Shown piece after piece: positions 1 to 9,331 of a stretch of DNA of 58,152 bases. Position 1 is the stretch's first letter. Each line of letters starts with the position of its first letter. The notes beneath the pieces are model-generated. The model was not told the DNA's origin. It saw nothing but the letters and a program-made list of their open reading frames with translations, and searched no databases. Source of the stretch: Chthonomonas sp. UBA2391 (lineage in GTDB: Bacteria > Armatimonadota > Fimbriimonadia > Fimbriimonadales > Fimbriimonadaceae); NCBI GenBank assembly GCA_002343825.1, contig DDSL01000134.1, positions 1 to 58,152 of the forward strand, given 5' to 3'. The translations under genes were made by a program, and so were the position numbers.

Positions 1-368
1 TCGTAAACGGTACCGACGATGCTGGCCGTCTGCCGCTCGGGGACGAGGACCAGGTTGATGTTCTGGTCTTGTTCATTTGCAAAGGTCCGAGCGATGTTGA
101 CGGCGACGTAGCGGGTATCTCCCTCGCGGTACTCGGCGTAGACCGCTTGGTCGGCGGCCCGGACTTCGTTTAGAACATATGCTCCATTGGTGGAGGTCAC
201 CGTCGAGGCATCGCGGCTGGTGACCGTGGCTCCACGGGCAGGGAGTCCATCCGCAAAGGTCACCCGGCCACTGATGATGGAGCTCTTGGGAGCGGACTCC
301 CCTCCACAGCCGAGGGTCATCAGAAGCGCCAAAAGGACAACGAGAAAACAGAGGTGACGAGCGTTCAT
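1..368 (-). CDS. putative lipoprotein with carboxypeptidase-regulatory-like domain (N-terminal part; gene runs off the left edge)
   Basis: Own translation of the minus strand from the ATG at 368-366 gives MNARHLCFLVVLLALLMTLGCGGESAPKSSIISGRVTFADGLPARGATVTSRD... This is a signal peptide with a lipobox (LGC) followed by an ISGRV..G.P..GA.V pattern typical of CarboxypepD_reg beta-sandwiches. It is missing from the ORF track because no stop lies in the window. Confidence 0.55.
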   Translation of the reverse strand, partial: MNARHLCFLVVLLALLMTLGCGGESAPKSSIISGRVTFADGLPARGATVTSRDASTVTSTNGAYVLNEVRAADQAVYAEYREGDTRYVAVNIARTFANEQDQNINLVLVPERQTASIVGTVY

Positions 369-436
369 TGGTCGTTCTGAACCTCCCAACGGAGAAGGCA
401 GTCTTTCCTATCACAGCCGGTAAGATCCGGAGAACG

Positions 437-1168
437 ATGCCGAACGACGAAAAGTCCGACAACCTCGTCGTCAAGACCCACCACCATGGGGTCGAGGCGG
501 GGCTAAGCCAGGGCGATCAGGCCATGCTGGAGATCGACCCCGAGGGGATCACGATTACAAGGGGGCTGGCCAACCGATTTCCGCCCCCCGAGGCCGAGGC
601 CGCCAAACTGGCCATGGACCGAATCTTCGTCGCCCATGGTGAGAGCGATGGGCCGCTGATCGTCGGGCTGTCCGAGGAGTTCCGAAGCCGTTTCGGATGG
701 CACCCCCGAGTCGAATGGTGGCGAATCCTCGGTCTTGAGATCGTGAATGCCCCGAACCTGGTCGAGGCCCAACAGGAGCTTTTGGCGACCTTTGAGCAGG
801 CAAAATCCGGACAGCCCCCACCCGACGCAGTCCCCACCGAGGAGCCGATCCGACCCGAAACCTGGGATTGGGCCCTAGGGGCCAACGCCCTCAACCTGAT
901 GGAATGGCTCTGGAAAGCCGAGCGGTGGCAGGAGTCTTTGGACCAATTTGAACCAAGTTTACGAGGTTTGGCCCCCACCGATGACACGGGCCGATGGATC
1001 GAACGTTCTCTCTACAAGGCCTCTTGTGAGGTGCATCTCGCCCGTGCGGAGGACGCACGCGCGACCCTCGCCGCGGCCTTTGAAAAAGATCCGCAAGAAT
1101 TTCAACGACTTTGGGCACTTTATCGCCCTAAAATGAAGGAACTCGAAAACCTGATCAATCGACTATGA
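437..1168 (+). CDS. hypothetical protein
   Basis: ORF 368..1168; the first ATG is at 437 (MPNDEKSD...). Composition is coding-like and no family was recognised. The N-terminal LVVKTHHHGVEAGLSQGDQAMLEIDPEGITI only loosely resembles an AbrB/SpoVT fold. Its stop overlaps the next small ORF (ATGA). Confidence 0.5.
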   Translation: MPNDEKSDNLVVKTHHHGVEAGLSQGDQAMLEIDPEGITITRGLANRFPPPEAEAAKLAMDRIFVAHGESDGPLIVGLSEEFRSRFGWHPRVEWWRILGLEIVNAPNLVEAQQELLATFEQAKSGQPPPDAVPTEEPIRPETWDWALGANALNLMEWLWKAERWQESLDQFEPSLRGLAPTDDTGRWIERSLYKASCEVHLARAEDARATLAAAFEKDPQEFQRLWALYRPKMKELENLINRL

Positions 1169-1293
1169 AGCTCACAAAATGGATCTGTCTCGTGCTGATG
1201 ACGATGCTCGTACTCGGAGCATCGGCCCAGCCCCTCGCGTCGGTCCCGGTGGAAGCCACCAAGAAAGGGAACGACGCCGAATCCCCTGGCTAG
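1165..1293 (+). CDS. small secreted peptide (42 aa), hypothetical
   Basis: Own translation: MKLTKWICLVLMTMLVLGASAQPLASVPVEATKKGNDAESPG*. It has a clear signal peptide with an ASA-Q cleavage-like site. The ATG overlaps the upstream stop (ATGA at 1165-1168) and the ORF ends 13 nt before the sigma-like gene. It is too short for the ORF track. Confidence 0.4.
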   Translation: MKLTKWICLVLMTMLVLGASAQPLASVPVEATKKGNDAESPG

Positions 1294-1306
1294 AGGTCCC
1301 TTAACG

Positions 1307-1972
1307 ATGATTGCCCAAGCGACCCCTCTCCCGGTAGACCACCTGATCACTCGCCTGAAGCGAGGCGATCGAGAGGCCCTGACCGAGATCCAGCGCCACC
1401 TCTATCGGCGGATGCTCCGGGCGGCTTTGCAATCGACTCACTCCCAGACCTTGGCCGAAGACGCGGTGGCGATCACGCTCACAAAACTCTGGGTGAAGCG
1501 GCACCTGCTCCCGGAAACCTGGGAAGAGGCCAGTCGGTACATCCTTCGGATGGTCCAGACTGCGGCCACCGACGTGACTCGACCCAAGGAGGAGCGCGTT
1601 ACCCGCTGTCCGCTGGACGAGGCCCGCTACCTTCCCGAGGCTCAACTAGAGGAGTCCGGCTTTGATGAGACCATCGAGACAGCCCTGAGCACGGTGGAAT
1701 CCATGCTGCTCCCCCAACTCAGCGCGCGACACCTGCGGGTTCTGACCCCAGTTGCCGAGGCCCTGAGCCAAGAAGCAGGCGAGATGCGCAATATCTATGC
1801 CGAGATCGCGGCCCAGCAAGAGATGCAGCCCGGATCGGTGCGGAACAGTTGGTCGGATGCCGGGAAAAAGCTCCAGACCGTCCTTCAAGAATTAGGCTGG
1901 CAAGATTTTGGGGAAGATGACGTGAGGTCGATCCTCTGCCGCATCGGCAAACGGCTCGCTCCGTCGGCCTGA
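1307..1972 (+). CDS. divergent sigma-70/ECF-like protein
   Basis: ORF 1307..1972. The N-terminus (LKRGDREALTEIQRHLYRRMLRAAL...AEDAVAITLTKLW) resembles sigma region 2. The C-terminus (YAEIAAQQEMQPGSVRNSWSDAGKKLQ) resembles the region 4.2 HTH. The assignment rests on motifs only. Confidence 0.45.
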   Translation: MIAQATPLPVDHLITRLKRGDREALTEIQRHLYRRMLRAALQSTHSQTLAEDAVAITLTKLWVKRHLLPETWEEASRYILRMVQTAATDVTRPKEERVTRCPLDEARYLPEAQLEESGFDETIETALSTVESMLLPQLSARHLRVLTPVAEALSQEAGEMRNIYAEIAAQQEMQPGSVRNSWSDAGKKLQTVLQELGWQDFGEDDVRSILCRIGKRLAPSA

Positions 1973-1994
1973 TCCCGGTACACTGCGCGCGGTT

Positions 1995-2684
1995 ATGTTT
2001 CCGCTTCGCGATGAGAATCAGTCGCGTGAGATTCCGGTTGTCACCTACACCCTGATTCTGCTCAACGTGGTGATTTACCTTTGGGATCGCCAGTGGAATC
2101 CTTTTGGCCCTCGGATCCTCTTTACCGACCTCACTTTGGTCCCCAGTGCGGCGATCGAGGCGGTCTTTGGGGATGGCGATGCTCGGGCCTTACTCGGTCT
2201 CTTTACTTCTTTGTTCTTGCATGGGAGTCTCCTGCACCTGGTGATGAACATGATCTTCCTCATCACCTTCGGCGACAACATCGAAGCCGCCTTTGGGCCC
2301 GTCCGCTTTGTGATCTACTACCTGTTTTGGGGCTTGATGGCGGGGGCTGCGCACACTCTCGTGATGCCGAGTAGCCAGATCCCGACCCTCGGGGCATCCG
2401 GTGCAATCGGCGGGGTCTTGGGCGCTTACTTCCTGCTCTTTCCCGGCCACAAGATCTCTTTTCTGGTTTTCCCTTTCGTCTTTTGGCCTTTGGAAATCGC
2501 GGCTTGGATCCTGCTCGGGGGATGGTTCCTCTTCCAAATCTTGTTCCCCCAACAAGGGGTCGCGAACTGGGCCCATGCAGGCGGATTCTTGGCTGGGATG
2601 CTCACCGTCTTGATCGCCGGGGGCCAGCGACAAGTCTTGGCCGGACGGAAGTTTGATGGCGACGACAACCTCAACTATGCCTAA
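1995..2684 (+). CDS. rhomboid family intramembrane serine protease
   Basis: Polytopic membrane protein with GASGAIGGVLGAYF (catalytic Ser motif) and HAGGFLAGM (catalytic His motif). Confidence 0.9.
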   Translation: MFPLRDENQSREIPVVTYTLILLNVVIYLWDRQWNPFGPRILFTDLTLVPSAAIEAVFGDGDARALLGLFTSLFLHGSLLHLVMNMIFLITFGDNIEAAFGPVRFVIYYLFWGLMAGAAHTLVMPSSQIPTLGASGAIGGVLGAYFLLFPGHKISFLVFPFVFWPLEIAAWILLGGWFLFQILFPQQGVANWAHAGGFLAGMLTVLIAGGQRQVLAGRKFDGDDNLNYA

Positions 2685-4491
2685 GATCTCGTTCTTTGCC
2701 CTTCTTGTTGGGGTGGTTTGCCTGCTGATCGGGGCGGCCGGGTCGATCCGCGTGAGGGTTCAGGCCGAGTCTCGCAACCAAGCCGTGAGCCTGGCCATGG
2801 AATGGCAGGTCATCCGCGACATGAGCGCCCAAATCGGAGCCGAGCCCGAAGAGGTCCTCCGCCGCCTCGACGAGGTAGGTCTCGGCACGTTGGTCGTGAA
2901 TGAAGACGTTGCCGGAGATTTTTTTGGCCGCGACATCCAGCGTCAGCTCGGAGCCAGAGCCAACGATTACCGCATCGACCCGTCCCTCGCCAAAAGGATC
3001 CAAGAGGCTTGGCCCGGAAATCTCACCCCGTCCCCTTCCGAAGATGGGACCGCTTTCTTGGCCCGGAGCGAGATCCCGCGATTGCTCCCCCTCGGGATCG
3101 ATCCAGCGGCGGCGGAACTGGCCAAGAGCCGATCGATGTTCCTCGTCGCCCGGCACATTAACCCGGTTGGCTCGACCGAAGAGTCGATTCGACGGGCGCT
3201 GGCCGCCAGTCAGGCCCTTGGGGTTGATGCCTACCTCCCCCTGGGCGAACAAGCCCTCGGCCAGCGCGACCTGATCAAGCGCACTGCGGACCTGATCCCG
3301 TCCCTGGGATTGCAGTATGTGACGCCGGAGTTCAGCAAAATTGCTGGGGACGCTCGGTTGGCCTCCCTTCTGTCGGAGCATCTGATCCGACTTCACGCTG
3401 CCCAGCAAGCCGAAATCGACAAGCTCACCCCCCAAGACTACGTCGAGCGCTACGTTCGGGCCGGTCGGGAGCGCAACATCCGCATCCTATTGCTACGCCC
3501 CCTAACGAGCGCGGCAGACAGCCCAGTGGATGCGCTCCTGAATAGCGTCCGCCTAGTCCGGAAAGGGCTGGAGAGAGAAGGGGTCCCGCTTGGCACCCCG
3601 AAGCCTTATGAGCGACGTCTGATTCCTGAGTGGACTCAGCTGCTGATCGTCGTGGGATTGGCCGCCGTGGGCTACGGCATTGGGGCCGCCTTCGGAAGCA
3701 AGGGCTGGCTCTTAGCTCTCTCTCTCGGCCTGGCCATCCCGACACCTTTCCTCCTCAAGACGCTCAACCCCGGGTTGCTCGCCCTTTATGCCGCCCTCTT
3801 GCTCCCCCTTGCCGGAGTGTGGGTTTGGACGCGCAGATCGGATTGGCATCCCTGGCAGTCCCTGATGATCCTGGTTTCGGGCGGGGTTCTTGCGGGGCTC
3901 ACCATTTCGGGGATCCTCAATGGACTCGAATATTGGGTGAAGGTGGACGAGTTCAGCGGGGTCAAAGCCGCTCACTTCTTGCCGATTCTCGTCACTGGGG
4001 CGTGGTTGATCGGTCGAGAGATCCCGTGGCGGGCGGTCATGAATCAGGCGATCACCTACGGCGCGGTTTTCCTCGGGTTGGTGATCCTCGTCCTCCTGTT
4101 GCTCATGCTCATCCGGACCGGAAATGACAACCCAGGAGCGGTGAGTGGACTGGAGCTCAGGATGCGAAACCTCCTCGACAGCGCCCTCTACGTCCGGCCA
4201 CGAACCAAGGAGTTTGCCTTTGGTCATCCGCTGTTGTGGGTGGGATGCTTGGCCTGGGCGTGGGCGATTCGAACAGAAAGTCGGCGTCTGCGGATCCTTG
4301 CCGCCGGACTCATCAGCATCGGGATGATTGGCGTCACCAGCATCGTGAATACTTTCTGCCACCTCCACATCCCCTTCACTCTGAGTGCGGCTCGGGCCGG
4401 CATCGGGCTCGGCATCGGGGTTCTGATCGGAACCCTCCTTTGGTTGCTCGTCCAGAAGCCCCTCGCGAAACTGGTTGAGGTGAAGCCGTGA
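2677..4491 (+). CDS. large polytopic membrane protein, DUF5693-like (csaB-associated)
   Basis: ORF 2653..4491; the likely start is MPKISFFALLV at 2677, overlapping the rhomboid stop by 8 nt. It has an N-terminal TM helix, a ~330-aa soluble domain and then about 8 TM helices. The architecture, and its position directly upstream of csaB, match my memory of DUF5693-family genes. Confidence 0.5.
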   Translation: MPKISFFALLVGVVCLLIGAAGSIRVRVQAESRNQAVSLAMEWQVIRDMSAQIGAEPEEVLRRLDEVGLGTLVVNEDVAGDFFGRDIQRQLGARANDYRIDPSLAKRIQEAWPGNLTPSPSEDGTAFLARSEIPRLLPLGIDPAAAELAKSRSMFLVARHINPVGSTEESIRRALAASQALGVDAYLPLGEQALGQRDLIKRTADLIPSLGLQYVTPEFSKIAGDARLASLLSEHLIRLHAAQQAEIDKLTPQDYVERYVRAGRERNIRILLLRPLTSAADSPVDALLNSVRLVRKGLEREGVPLGTPKPYERRLIPEWTQLLIVVGLAAVGYGIGAAFGSKGWLLALSLGLAIPTPFLLKTLNPGLLALYAALLLPLAGVWVWTRRSDWHPWQSLMILVSGGVLAGLTISGILNGLEYWVKVDEFSGVKAAHFLPILVTGAWLIGREIPWRAVMNQAITYGAVFLGLVILVLLLLMLIRTGNDNPGAVSGLELRMRNLLDSALYVRPRTKEFAFGHPLLWVGCLAWAWAIRTESRRLRILAAGLISIGMIGVTSIVNTFCHLHIPFTLSAARAGIGLGIGVLIGTLLWLLVQKPLAKLVEVKP

Positions 4492-5549
4492 AGAGGGTCC
4501 TCCTTGCCGGGTACTTCGGATGCGGGAACATCGGCGACGACGCCATCCTACTCGGCTTTCTGGAAGGGGCTCGGGACCTCGACATCGATCCGATCGTCAT
4601 GAGCGGGCGCCCCGAAGAGACCCACCGACTCTATGGCGTTCCGGGATTCGATCGTCGGGATTTGGGGCTCTTCAAAGAGCGAATGGCCGAGGCCGATCTG
4701 CTCGTCTTTCCCGGGGGGAGCATTTTCCAGGATGTCACGAGCCTTCGTAGCGTGGCCTATTACTCCAGCCTCGTCAAGACGGCCAAAAAGCTCGGCAAAA
4801 AGGTCGTCCTGCTGGGCCAAGGAATGGGTCCACTCAACCGATTCGTGGGCAAAAAGCTCGCAAAGGATGCCTTCAACGCCTGTGACGCCATCTGCGTGCG
4901 GGATCCCGATTCCATCCAAACCCTCAAGAAGCTCGGCGTCAAGCAGACGCCCCACCTCACCGCCGACATGGCGCTGCTTCTGCCGAAACCGACCATCGAT
5001 GACAACGTCGAAAGTTATCAAGTAGCAGGGATGAGAGGGGTTGCTCTGATTCCCCGGCCGCACGGCAAGGGTGATGGAGTGGCTCAACTCTTCGGTGAGA
5101 TCGCGCAGCAACTCATGAAGCAGGGCCGCATGCCCGTCCTGATCGAGATGGACCGCCACGCGGACCGCCCTCTCATCCTGCAGATTGAGAAACTCATGGG
5201 CGGAAAAATCCCCACGATTCGCGATCTGGTCACCCCGATGGCCATGATGTCCAAGCTTTGCCGATTGGAGGGCATGATCTCGATGCGACTCCATGGTGGA
5301 ATTCTCTCCGCCGCGATCGGAGTGCCCCCGACGATGCTCAGCTATGACCCGAAAGTTACTGCTCTATCGAAGTTGCTCGGGCTTCCCTCAGCCCTTCCGA
5401 TGGATGGTCTCACCGCCTCCCGGGCAGTTGATTCCTACCTGGAACTCCAGAAGAAGAAGGCAACCTACGGTCCCAGAATGGAAGGCGAATTGGTCCAGCT
5501 TCGGGACTTGGCAGCGAAGAACATCGAGGTCCTCCGGCGCATTCTATGA
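4488..5549 (+). CDS. csaB: polysaccharide pyruvyl transferase CsaB
   Basis: The N-terminus MKRVLLAGYFGCGNIGDDAILLGFLEG and the overall length are typical of CsaB. The GTG start overlaps the upstream stop (GTGA). Confidence 0.8.
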   Translation: MKRVLLAGYFGCGNIGDDAILLGFLEGARDLDIDPIVMSGRPEETHRLYGVPGFDRRDLGLFKERMAEADLLVFPGGSIFQDVTSLRSVAYYSSLVKTAKKLGKKVVLLGQGMGPLNRFVGKKLAKDAFNACDAICVRDPDSIQTLKKLGVKQTPHLTADMALLLPKPTIDDNVESYQVAGMRGVALIPRPHGKGDGVAQLFGEIAQQLMKQGRMPVLIEMDRHADRPLILQIEKLMGGKIPTIRDLVTPMAMMSKLCRLEGMISMRLHGGILSAAIGVPPTMLSYDPKVTALSKLLGLPSALPMDGLTASRAVDSYLELQKKKATYGPRMEGELVQLRDLAAKNIEVLRRIL

Positions 5550-8161
5550 GAAGCTGGCCGTTTGCCCGCACTGGGCTCGGTTTTCGGACTCCTGGTATGG
5601 CACTCTGTCTGCTTGCGGCGTGCGCTGTCCAGGGTCAAACCCCAGACCAATCCCCGGCGTGGATGAAGTGGTGGAAGCGAAACCTCGTCGATCGGATTGA
5701 ACTGAACGGGTATCGCCAACTCGGCTTCCATGCCCATACCGTCAACGGCGACCGCGAGGCGTTCAACTCGCTCAACTACTATGGCTTGGGACGGCAGAAG
5801 TTCACCGATGTCGGCCAGATCAACTTCGTCGGACGGAGCGTTCTTGGACTCTTTAACTTTCAGGGGACGATCCTCGATTCCCGCCTCTCGGACCCCCAGG
5901 GTCAGCGATTTAGTCTGGATTTCGAGCGGGACGGCTGGAGCGTCAACGCGGGGGATATCCAAGGACGACTCCTGAATTCGAACCGCTTCGCGAGCTTTCA
6001 GAAGTCCTTGAACGGGTTGCAGGTCGGCTATAAGTCGGGTCGGCTTGAGGCCCGGACGGTGGTCAGTGAAGTTCGAGGCAGCCCGCGGACGGTCACGATC
6101 CAGGGGAACAACTCGTCGGGGCCCTACTACATCCAGAACAGCCAACTGGTGCAAGGCTCGGAACGGGTGAGCCTCGACGGACAAGCCCAGACCCTTGGCG
6201 ACGACTACGTCATCAACTACGAGGCGGGTTCGATCACCTTTGTCGGCAAAACGGTGCCGGTGACCAGCACGATCCTGGTCAGCTACGAGGCCTTCGGGTT
6301 TAACGAGACGCGCGGAAGCCTCTATGGCGCGGGTCTCGCGCTGGACGGCGGCAAGGTCGGCAAAATCGGCCTGACGATGATGCGCCAAGAGGCGCGATCG
6401 GGGGGCGGGGCGAGCAGCCGGCTGGAGAAGTTTCAGGGCTTTGGTGCCCCTTCGACCCCATACTTTTTGCAGTTCGAGCCGATCAACCTAGCCAGCGTCA
6501 CGATCCGCGTAAACGGGGTTTTGCAGGTCCGAGGGGTCGATTACACCTTCGACCAATTCAATTCGGCCGTCTTTTACTTCAACCGCTTCATGCCCGCCAG
6601 CGACAACATCGACGTGGTCTACACCCCCAAGCCCCGCGCCACCGTCGACGGCGACCGAGAGGTCGTGGGGATTGACTATGCGCTCCCGATCGGAAGCGGG
6701 GGACGCGACGGCCAGATAAGGCTCCACCAGGCCATGGGCAAACTGAAGGGGGTGACGCCTCAGAGCGGGGTCGCTCGGGGAGTCGAGCTGGACTATCGAA
6801 AGGGTGCCTGGAGCTTCAGAAGTCAAGCGGTGAGCATTCCAAGCGGATATGTCGCAATCGAAACCACGGGATTCAACCGGAATGAGAAGGCCTTCAGCCA
6901 GAGTGCGACCTACGACACCGGTCGCGGGGTTCAGGTGCAGCTCGACCACGAGAACCGAAGTATCTCGAATCGCAGCATCACGGCGACCGTGGCTCCGGTG
7001 CGATTTGTTTCCCAACGCCTGACGATCGACCGACCGAGCGAAGGAACCGGCGGATGGCGATTGAGCCACAACCGATCGAGAACCCTTCAGGGTGTTGCAC
7101 AGACCCGGCTCGATAGCACCGACCTGGTCACCACCCAACGATCGGGCCCACGGCTACTCTACAAGCTTGGACTGAATCGCCAACAGGCCGTCAGTCGGAA
7201 CTTGAACGGCCAAAGAACGGACGTGGACCTCCTCGGGCTTCAACTTGGCGGCGCCTACACGGCCCAATGGCGGAAGCGCCCCGTCAAGGAAGGCGAAGAG
7301 GGCGAGATCCGAACCTTTCTGACCCTCGGTGCCGACGTCAACCTCGTCGAGATTGAGTCCAAAGGCAAGCGGGGTCAAGGCCGCGACTACGAACTGAGCG
7401 CGAATCTGATCCCGGATGATCGGCTCCAGGTCGATGCCCGGTACACCTTGAGCGACTCGGGGAGCATCGCCACCCTCGATCAGTTCGCCACCGGTTGGCA
7501 GGCTGGTTTCGACGGAAACGGATTCAGCGGGGGATCTGGCTCCACGGGCACGATTGGGGCGACGAACGCCATCCTCTGGAGTCTGAACGCGGCCTACCGA
7601 TTCGCCGAGAACCTCAGCGGCTATGTCGGCTACCGGTCCTTGCGATCGACGGGTTCGGTGAGTAGCAATAGCGAGACGCGGGGGTGGTCGGCCGGAGCGA
7701 CTTGGGCCATTAACTCGCGCAACCAAGTGACGGCCAATCTAGAAGAAAGTAGCACGACCTTCGTCGATTCGCCGTTGCGATCCGGGGTCTGGGCTCTCAA
7801 CCTCTTCTTTGAGGGATCCCCGACCGACCGGCTCCGCTACGTGGTGGGCTGGAGCGCCTTCGATAGCCGGGGCAACAGCACCTTTCAGCAGGACTCAAAC
7901 AATCTCAACGGGAGCCTGAGCTACCTCCTGAGTCAGCGGGACTCGGTGGTCCTCAGCTGGAACTCCTCGGTGAGCACCGGCTACCTCCCCCAAAACAGCC
8001 TGGACTGGGGCCTGACCTACCAGTACCGGATCTGGAGCAATCTGGCCCTCAACGCCAGTTATCGCCTGCGAAATGTCGACAACCGAGACCCGCTGATCAA
8101 CTCGGGGGCATACCGTTCCCGAGGTTTCGATCTGGAGCTATCGTTCAACTTCTTCCGCTAG
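5546..8161 (+). CDS. putative outer-membrane beta-barrel protein (871 aa)
   Basis: Signal-like N-terminus (MALCLLAACAVQGQ). The sequence is long and rich in alternating Y/G/S/N/R patterns, ending ...RSRGFDLELSFNFFR. The start overlaps the csaB stop (ATGA). I saw no SLH motif. Confidence 0.5.
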   Translation: MRSWPFARTGLGFRTPGMALCLLAACAVQGQTPDQSPAWMKWWKRNLVDRIELNGYRQLGFHAHTVNGDREAFNSLNYYGLGRQKFTDVGQINFVGRSVLGLFNFQGTILDSRLSDPQGQRFSLDFERDGWSVNAGDIQGRLLNSNRFASFQKSLNGLQVGYKSGRLEARTVVSEVRGSPRTVTIQGNNSSGPYYIQNSQLVQGSERVSLDGQAQTLGDDYVINYEAGSITFVGKTVPVTSTILVSYEAFGFNETRGSLYGAGLALDGGKVGKIGLTMMRQEARSGGGASSRLEKFQGFGAPSTPYFLQFEPINLASVTIRVNGVLQVRGVDYTFDQFNSAVFYFNRFMPASDNIDVVYTPKPRATVDGDREVVGIDYALPIGSGGRDGQIRLHQAMGKLKGVTPQSGVARGVELDYRKGAWSFRSQAVSIPSGYVAIETTGFNRNEKAFSQSATYDTGRGVQVQLDHENRSISNRSITATVAPVRFVSQRLTIDRPSEGTGGWRLSHNRSRTLQGVAQTRLDSTDLVTTQRSGPRLLYKLGLNRQQAVSRNLNGQRTDVDLLGLQLGGAYTAQWRKRPVKEGEEGEIRTFLTLGADVNLVEIESKGKRGQGRDYELSANLIPDDRLQVDARYTLSDSGSIATLDQFATGWQAGFDGNGFSGGSGSTGTIGATNAILWSLNAAYRFAENLSGYVGYRSLRSTGSVSSNSETRGWSAGATWAINSRNQVTANLEESSTTFVDSPLRSGVWALNLFFEGSPTDRLRYVVGWSAFDSRGNSTFQQDSNNLNGSLSYLLSQRDSVVLSWNSSVSTGYLPQNSLDWGLTYQYRIWSNLALNASYRLRNVDNRDPLINSGAYRSRGFDLELSFNFFR

Positions 8162-8227
8162 CTCGGGTGAGGGAATCGAACTCAACTTTCAGGATTTCGT
8201 GAAAGTTCGGTATCCTTTCGCGTAGTA

Positions 8228-9316
8228 ATGAGCGTGATTGCCCCTCCTGCCCCTGCCGTGATTGACCAAATCTCCGAAAAGGTCTTTGGAAATCAGCGGA
8301 TTACCCCCGAAGAGGCGCTTGCTCTTTATCACCACCCGAACCTGATCGAGCTGGCCGCGATGGCCGAACACCGCCGTCAACAGAAGGCTCCGGGCCGGGA
8401 CGTCACGTACATCATCGGGCGCATCTTGAACTACACCAACGTGTGCTGGGTTCGTTGTAAGTTCTGCGCCTTTTACCGAGTCCCTGGGCACTACGAAGGT
8501 TATCTGCTGAGCGATGACGAGATTCTCTCCAAAGTCGGAGACACCGTGGCCAAGGGGGGCGTCGAGATTCTCTTCCAAGGTGGGCTCAATCCCAAGCTCA
8601 AGATCGACTATTACGAAGGGATCTTTCGCAAGATCATGGAGGCCTACCCCGGCGTCATCCTCCACGCCCTCTCGCCGGCCGAGATCATCTACATCGCCCA
8701 CATCAGCAAACTCCCGCTGCGAGACTGCCTGGCCCGCTTGAAGGAGAGCGGACTCCACTCCATCCCCGGCGCAGGCGGAGAGATCCTTGTGGACCGAGTT
8801 CGCAAGATCATTGCCCCCTACAAGGACACCACGGATGAATGGCTGGAGTGCATGAGAACGGCCTCATCACTGGGAATCCGAAGCACGGCGAGCATGATGT
8901 TCGGACACGTTGAAACCTTTGAGGACCGTGTCGAGCACATGACCCGGATCCGCGATCTTCAGGACGAATGCGCACCTTTCCGCGCCTTCATCAGTTGGAA
9001 TTTCCAGCCCGAAGAAACGGACCTCGCGATCCCGGTGAAAGCCAGCGGATTTGACTACCTGCGCAACGTGGCGGTCTCTCGGATCTTCCTTGACAACATC
9101 GACAATTTCCAGGTTTCGATCTTGACCCAGGGTCCCAAGATCGCCCAGCTGGCACTTGGCTATGGAGCCAACGACTTCGGCTCGATCATGATCGAGGAGA
9201 ACGTGGTCTCGGCCGCCGGGTCCAAGTTCATCTTGAGCGAAGAAGAGTTCGTCCGGGTGATTCGGGACGCCGGGTATCAGCCGTATCGCAGAAACACCCG
9301 GTACGAGCGAATCTAG
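8228..9316 (+). CDS. menaquinone (futalosine pathway) radical SAM enzyme, MqnC/MqnE family
   Basis: Contains NYTNVCWVRCKFCAF (the CxxxCxxC radical SAM cluster motif), plus GGLNP, MMFGHVET and FRAFISWNFQPEETDL blocks typical of the MqnC/MqnE family. I cannot separate MqnC from MqnE by eye. Confidence 0.75.
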   Translation: MSVIAPPAPAVIDQISEKVFGNQRITPEEALALYHHPNLIELAAMAEHRRQQKAPGRDVTYIIGRILNYTNVCWVRCKFCAFYRVPGHYEGYLLSDDEILSKVGDTVAKGGVEILFQGGLNPKLKIDYYEGIFRKIMEAYPGVILHALSPAEIIYIAHISKLPLRDCLARLKESGLHSIPGAGGEILVDRVRKIIAPYKDTTDEWLECMRTASSLGIRSTASMMFGHVETFEDRVEHMTRIRDLQDECAPFRAFISWNFQPEETDLAIPVKASGFDYLRNVAVSRIFLDNIDNFQVSILTQGPKIAQLALGYGANDFGSIMIEENVVSAAGSKFILSEEEFVRVIRDAGYQPYRRNTRYERI

Positions 9317-9331
9317 ACCGATGAGCGCGGA

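Noticed and set aside
73-474. A 133-aa minus-strand ORF at the left edge
   Set aside because: It is in the wrong frame. Its translation is Arg/Pro/Ser-rich junk. The overlapping open frame starting at the ATG at 368-366 gives a proper lipoprotein signal peptide and a beta-sandwich-like sequence.
7511-7527. A fifth LacI-type operator candidate (CGGAAACGGATTCAGC inside the OMP gene)
   Set aside because: It needs a 1-nt insertion and a half-site mismatch to fit the palindrome, and it lies deep in an unrelated coding region. I treated it as a chance match.
5546-8161. An SLH domain in the csaB-coupled 871-aa protein
   Set aside because: I scanned the N- and C-termini for the SLH pattern (F.D....HWA...I..L...G...G) and found nothing resembling it. 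I therefore did not call it an SLH-anchored OMP.
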